64,000 nt of DNA. Source: Candidatus Latescibacterota bacterium (GTDB lineage Bacteria; Latescibacterota; CBDEFO01). The DNA lies in NCBI GenBank assembly GCA_965248755.1, contig OZ252149.1, positions 4,384,001 to 4,448,000 of the forward strand, written 5' to 3'. Every line of letters begins with the position of its first letter. Positions within the stretch are counted from its first letter, which is position 1. The translations under genes were made by a program, and so were the position numbers. Positions 62,397-64,000 of this stretch are shown here, in pieces. The notes under the pieces are model-generated. The model saw only the letters and a program-made list of their open reading frames with translations, had not been told where the DNA came from and made no database searches.

Positions 62397-63929
62397 ATGG
62401 TTAGATTATCGGACATCATAAACGAAGACGATCTGCTTAAGAAAGAAAAAGAGGGGAAAGATAGCAGCTCTGAGCACGATCGCAGTTCCAAGGATAAGGC
62501 CAGATTATCAGATATCATAAAGGGCGATAACCTTTCTAAACTGATTGAGGAACATAGCAGGAAAGATAAAGAAGGGGGCAAGGGTCCTGAGCTGGACCCA
62601 GGTTCCAAAGATAAGGCCAGATTATCAGATATCATAAAGGACGAGAACCTCTCTAAACTCCTTAAAGGAGACAACAGGAAAGATAAAGAAGGGGGCAATA
62701 TCACGCTTTTGAGGGAGATTTACGCAGAGTTGGGTCAGGTGATCAATAAGGATGAAGGGGAGGATAAACAAAGCGTTTCCAGGATAGCCGATTTAAAAGA
62801 GATTCACGAGGAGTTGAGGGAGGTTTACGAAGAGTTGGGTCAGGTGATTAATCAAGATAAACCAGATACACAGGGACAGTTTCCACCTCAGAAGGATCGT
62901 TCTGTGTCACAGACAGCCAAGGACGTCGATGCTACAACCTCAGAGCTCAGTGACATCCCGTCATCCGACGCGTCGGATGACGACATAGAAGAAGTGGATA
63001 AAAGCGGAATAGAAAATCTTTACGACAGGATGTACAGCTACGTTGAGGCGGTTATATTTTCGATTAAGGAGGGAGGCGATTTTTCGCTGCAGGAGGCTTT
63101 CCAGATTGCTGAGGAAATTGTGGATTCGTCTGATGCTCAAAACACTCTCTTCCACAAAGCCGTGTACACTGAGGATGACCCGGACACAGATATTCTACAC
63201 TCTTCGGTCATATCTCACTCTGTGAATGTAGCTATATATTCTCTGAGGCTAGGCAAAGGACTGAGTTACGATTACGGTAGAGATGAACTTATCCAATTAG
63301 TAGTGGCGGGACTGCTTCACGATGTGGGGATGGTCAAAGTAGAGGACATAATCCGCAAGGAGGGAAAACCTACGCAGGATGAGATGGCTGAAATTCGCAG
63401 GCATCCACAGTACGGCTGTGAGATCCTGGAGAAATTCGGTCCGGACTATTCGTGGCTGGCCGAAGCGGCGCTCCAGGAACATGAAAGACACGGAGGTCAA
63501 GGATATCCCGATCACCTTGCAGGCGAGGAGATTAGCGAATATGCCAGAATCATCGCTGTGGCCGATACCTATGAGGCTATGACTCACACCCGACCGCACA
63601 GGAAAGGTCTGATGTCCTTTGATGCTGTAACTCAGATAGTCCAGAGAGAGAAGGGGCAGTTCGAAAGAGAGGTGGTAAAGGCGTTGATAATGAAACTTTC
63701 AGCGTTTCCGATAGGATGCTACGTTCGATTGAACTCTAAGGCAGTGGGCAGAGTGATAGAGACGAGAGACGAAAGTCCCCTCAAGCCGGTCGTAAGGCTC
63801 CTTTATAATCCTCAGGGAAAGCCTCTAAAGGAGGAAAAAGAGATCGATTTAAGAGATATGTCGATGCTAAGCGTCTCAGAGGCTATCCACGAGAGGGATC
63901 TTCCCAAGAACATAAGGGGCAGGAGATAG
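62397..63929 (+). CDS. HD-GYP domain phosphodiesterase with repetitive charged N-terminus
   Basis: HSVNV, LLHDVG, HERHGGQGYP, IAVAD, RPHR. Confidence 0.92.
   Translation: MVRLSDIINEDDLLKKEKEGKDSSSEHDRSSKDKARLSDIIKGDNLSKLIEEHSRKDKEGGKGPELDPGSKDKARLSDIIKDENLSKLLKGDNRKDKEGGNITLLREIYAELGQVINKDEGEDKQSVSRIADLKEIHEELREVYEELGQVINQDKPDTQGQFPPQKDRSVSQTAKDVDATTSELSDIPSSDASDDDIEEVDKSGIENLYDRMYSYVEAVIFSIKEGGDFSLQEAFQIAEEIVDSSDAQNTLFHKAVYTEDDPDTDILHSSVISHSVNVAIYSLRLGKGLSYDYGRDELIQLVVAGLLHDVGMVKVEDIIRKEGKPTQDEMAEIRRHPQYGCEILEKFGPDYSWLAEAALQEHERHGGQGYPDHLAGEEISEYARIIAVADTYEAMTHTRPHRKGLMSFDAVTQIVQREKGQFEREVVKALIMKLSAFPIGCYVRLNSKAVGRVIETRDESPLKPVVRLLYNPQGKPLKEEKEIDLRDMSMLSVSEAIHERDLPKNIRGRR
62483..62698 (+). 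repeat. 117-bp-period coding tandem duplication in the HD-GYP N-terminus
   Basis: GATAAGGCCAGATTATCAGATATCATAAAGG...CAGGAAAGATAAAGAAGGGGGCAA occurs twice. Confidence 0.85.
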
Positions 63930-64000
63930 AGATGGCCTGGAGAATGGAAGATAGATTCCTTCTTTCTTGTTCGAAGCTGAGTTTAGATGAGGATGCGATT

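Overview
Bacterial chromosomal window using the standard genetic code. A secreted S8 protease with a FlgD-Ig/T9SS-like tail, plus PhyH, GHL10 and amidohydrolase accessory genes, suggest an FCB-group lineage such as Latescibacterota or KSB1; this is inference only. Core blocks are coaX, CIRCE-controlled groES-groEL, a DUF2723(TMEM260-like)-gmd-GT4-flippase glycosylation locus, a tetrapyrrole/Mo(W)co supercluster (ccsA, [2Fe-2S]-SirC fusion, hemA, hemC, cobA/hemD, two moeA, decayed coxM-like + coxS-like), glk-lepB-gnd-zwf, uppP, a RACo/ASKHA activator, dprA, and a DGC / ExeA-like ATPase / HD-GYP module. The window also holds at least eight pseudogenes or remnants, including an internally deleted IS1380. 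Non-coding structure includes two copies of a putative MITE with 16-bp terminal inverted repeats and six loci of a REP/BIME-like palindromic repeat family, four of which carry a 23-bp hairpin. I saw no rRNA, tRNA, CRISPR array or reverse transcriptase. The most unusual items are the CoxS-type ferredoxin-SirC fusion, a circularly permuted FAD oxidoreductase fused to a membrane ferredoxin, the nested repeat system, and a tandem duplication in which one copy keeps a Tat signal and the other has lost it.
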